DNA of 64,000 nucleotides, from contig CAVWWD010000003.1 in assembly GCA_963758635.1 (NCBI GenBank), positions 32,001-96,000 of the forward strand. Reading direction: 5' to 3'. Source of the stretch: an uncultured Candidatus Rokubacteria bacterium. Its GTDB lineage: Bacteria > Methylomirabilota > Methylomirabilia > Rokubacteriales > CSP1-6. The notes beneath the pieces were generated by a model. The model did no database searches and had not been told where the DNA came from. It was given only the letters and a program-made list of their open reading frames with translations. Shown in pieces: positions 62,256 through 64,000 of the stretch. Position numbers and translations under genes: made by a program. The stretch's first letter is position 1; each line of letters begins with the position of its first letter.

Positions 62256-63178
62256 CAGTAGTTCCGGCACGACATGCCGGTCTCGTGGCACGTCACGCAC
62301 GCGGGGTGGAAGAGGGGCGCCGGCCGGAAGGACTCTTCGATGCGTCCCGCGCTGAGTCGCGCCCCCGGCATGCCGGCGAGGATGGGGCAGGCGTAGACGC
62401 CTCCGTGGGCCACCACGCGCGACTCCGCGCACTGCAAGAGGCCGCGGTCGAAGCCCTCGAGCCGCTCGTCGGTGAGGAGGTCGCCGCCGTGCCGCTCGAG
62501 GCGGCCCACCGGGAACACGGGGATGATCTTCACGCGCGGCTTCTCGACGCCCAGCGAGAGCAGGAAGTCGCGGAAGCGCTGGTACGTCCCTCCGCTCTCG
62601 GCGCCCTCGACCGAACCGGGGGGGATGGCTCTCGGATGGAGATCTCGGTGGCGGTGACGATGGGCAGGAGGCCGTGGGCGTCCAGGCGCCGGATGGCGCC
62701 CACCGCGCGCGCCCACGCGCCGCGCCCGCGGATGCGGTCGTTGGCCGCGCGATCAACGTCGTCGAGGCTGACGCGCACCTCGAGGGAGTAGCGCGACCCC
62801 GCGGCGAGCTCGCCGAGGGCGGCCACGACCCGCTCGCCCAGCCGCGTGCCGTTGGTGAGCACCGTGGTGGGGGCGACCTCGAGCGCCGCCCCGAGGAGCG
62901 GCAGGATGTCCGGGTGGAGGAACGGCTCCCCGCCCGTGAAGTAGATCTCCTTCACGCCGAGGCGCGTCGCCCTCGCGGATCGCCGCGCGGACGGTGTCCG
63001 CGTCGAGGGGGGCCAGCCACGGCTCGCGCGGGCCGCTCGCGTTCAGGCAGTGGCGGCACTCGAGGTTGCACCACGTGCCGGTGATCTGGATCCACAGCGC
63101 GGTGAGGCGGACGAAGGGCGCGGCCGCCACCCGAGGGGCGGCCGTCGCGACGGACAGCACGGGCAGCGGTCGGTTCAC
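62255..63178 (-). CDS. Radical SAM protein (frameshifts near 62965 and 62630)
   Basis: CNLECRHC, FTGGEPF, LTNG, VSLDD, C-terminal QCAESR..YACPIL..CVTC..SC. Confidence 0.9.
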
Positions 63179-63305
63179 GGTGTCGAGTTGGACGCGTTCA
63201 CGGTGTCGAGTTTGGACGCCGGGGGGCGAGCGGCCGACAGGCCCGGGCGCCCGCCCCTGGTCACGTCATCATGCCACATCCGCCGGGGCGAGCCTCCGGC
63301 GCGGG

Positions 63306-64000
63306 TTACGGGCGCCGCGCGACCTCGGGGTTGAAGCGGATGCCGGCGCGGGCCAGGCCGCCGGCCACGCCGATCGGGGTGCCGTCGGCGCGCCAGCACG
63401 CCGCGCCCGTGAGGCTCCCGTCGTCGTTCACCGCGATCGCGTTCATGCCGCCCGCCACCGTCGGCACGGGGATGACGCGGTGGCCGCGGGACGCCAGGCC
63501 GGCGCGGATCGCCTCGGGCACGCGGTGCTCGACCTCGAGCTCCTGCCCTTGCGTCCAGATGCGCGGGGCCTCGACCGTCTCCTGGAGCGTCATGCCGTGG
63601 TCGATCCGGTTCAGCAGCGCCTGCATCACCGACGTGGAGATGCGCACCCCGCCGGGCAGGCCGAGCGCGAGCACGGGCCGGCCGCCGCGCGACACCACGG
63701 TGGGGGCCATGCTGCTCCGCATGCGCTTGCCCGGCGCGACCGAGTTGGGACGGCCGGGGTGCGGATCGAAGAGCGCCATGTTGTTGTTCAGCATCACGCC
63801 GGTGCCGGGCGCCGTGACGCGGGAGCCGAAGAGGTTGTTGATGGTCTGGGTCATCGCCACCAGGTTGCCGTCCGCGTCGGCGGTGGTGACGTGCGTGGTG
63901 TGGGCGCTCTCCGGCGCGGGCACGCCGCCGGCGTAGCGGCCCGCGCGCCCGAGGTCGATCTCCTTGCCGCGCGCCTCGGCGTACGCCTTCGACGTGAGCC
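63306..64000 (-). CDS. ggt: Gamma-glutamyltransferase, C-terminal part (runs off the window)
   Basis: HTTHVTTAD nucleophile Thr, TQTINNLFGS, LNNNM, PGKRMRSSMAP, GLPGG. Confidence 0.93.
   Translation of the reverse strand, partial: LTSKAYAEARGKEIDLGRAGRYAGGVPAPESAHTTHVTTADADGNLVAMTQTINNLFGSRVTAPGTGVMLNNNMALFDPHPGRPNSVAPGKRMRSSMAPTVVSRGGRPVLALGLPGGVRISTSVMQALLNRIDHGMTLQETVEAPRIWTQGQELEVEHRVPEAIRAGLASRGHRVIPVPTVAGGMNAIAVNDDGSLTGAACWRADGTPIGVAGGLARAGIRFNPEVARRP

Overview
Very GC-rich bacterial chromosome segment. The gene content suggests a soil Rokubacteria/Methylomirabilota-like organism (inference only: ABC_sub_bind receptor, several LLM and amidohydrolase genes, dCache-GAF kinase with REC-cyclase). 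Roughly a third of the genes carry single-base frameshifts, most likely uncorrected long-read errors, so many CDS calls are stitched across frames. The window holds a decayed island at tRNA-Ala (DUF1501, enolase-family and tyrosine-integrase fragments), a DUF5674 two-gene cassette between 44-bp direct repeats, a LAGLIDADG gene before tRNA-Leu, and many catabolic and transport genes. It also holds terC-DUF1285-like-selD fusion, a divergent type II R-M pair flanked by repeat elements, a two-component/cyclase cluster, a polX-unknown-primase/polymerase operon beside udgX, addBA and ogt, and a radical SAM-atypical metallophosphoesterase-TVP38-glycosyltransferase-DUF3047 operon. Non-coding features include an unnamed 59-bp leader found twice (before polX and an LLM gene), three copies of a ~95-bp IS-end-like element, REP/MITE palindromes, and a repeated TANNNT-(7-9 nt)-ATG leaderless pattern.
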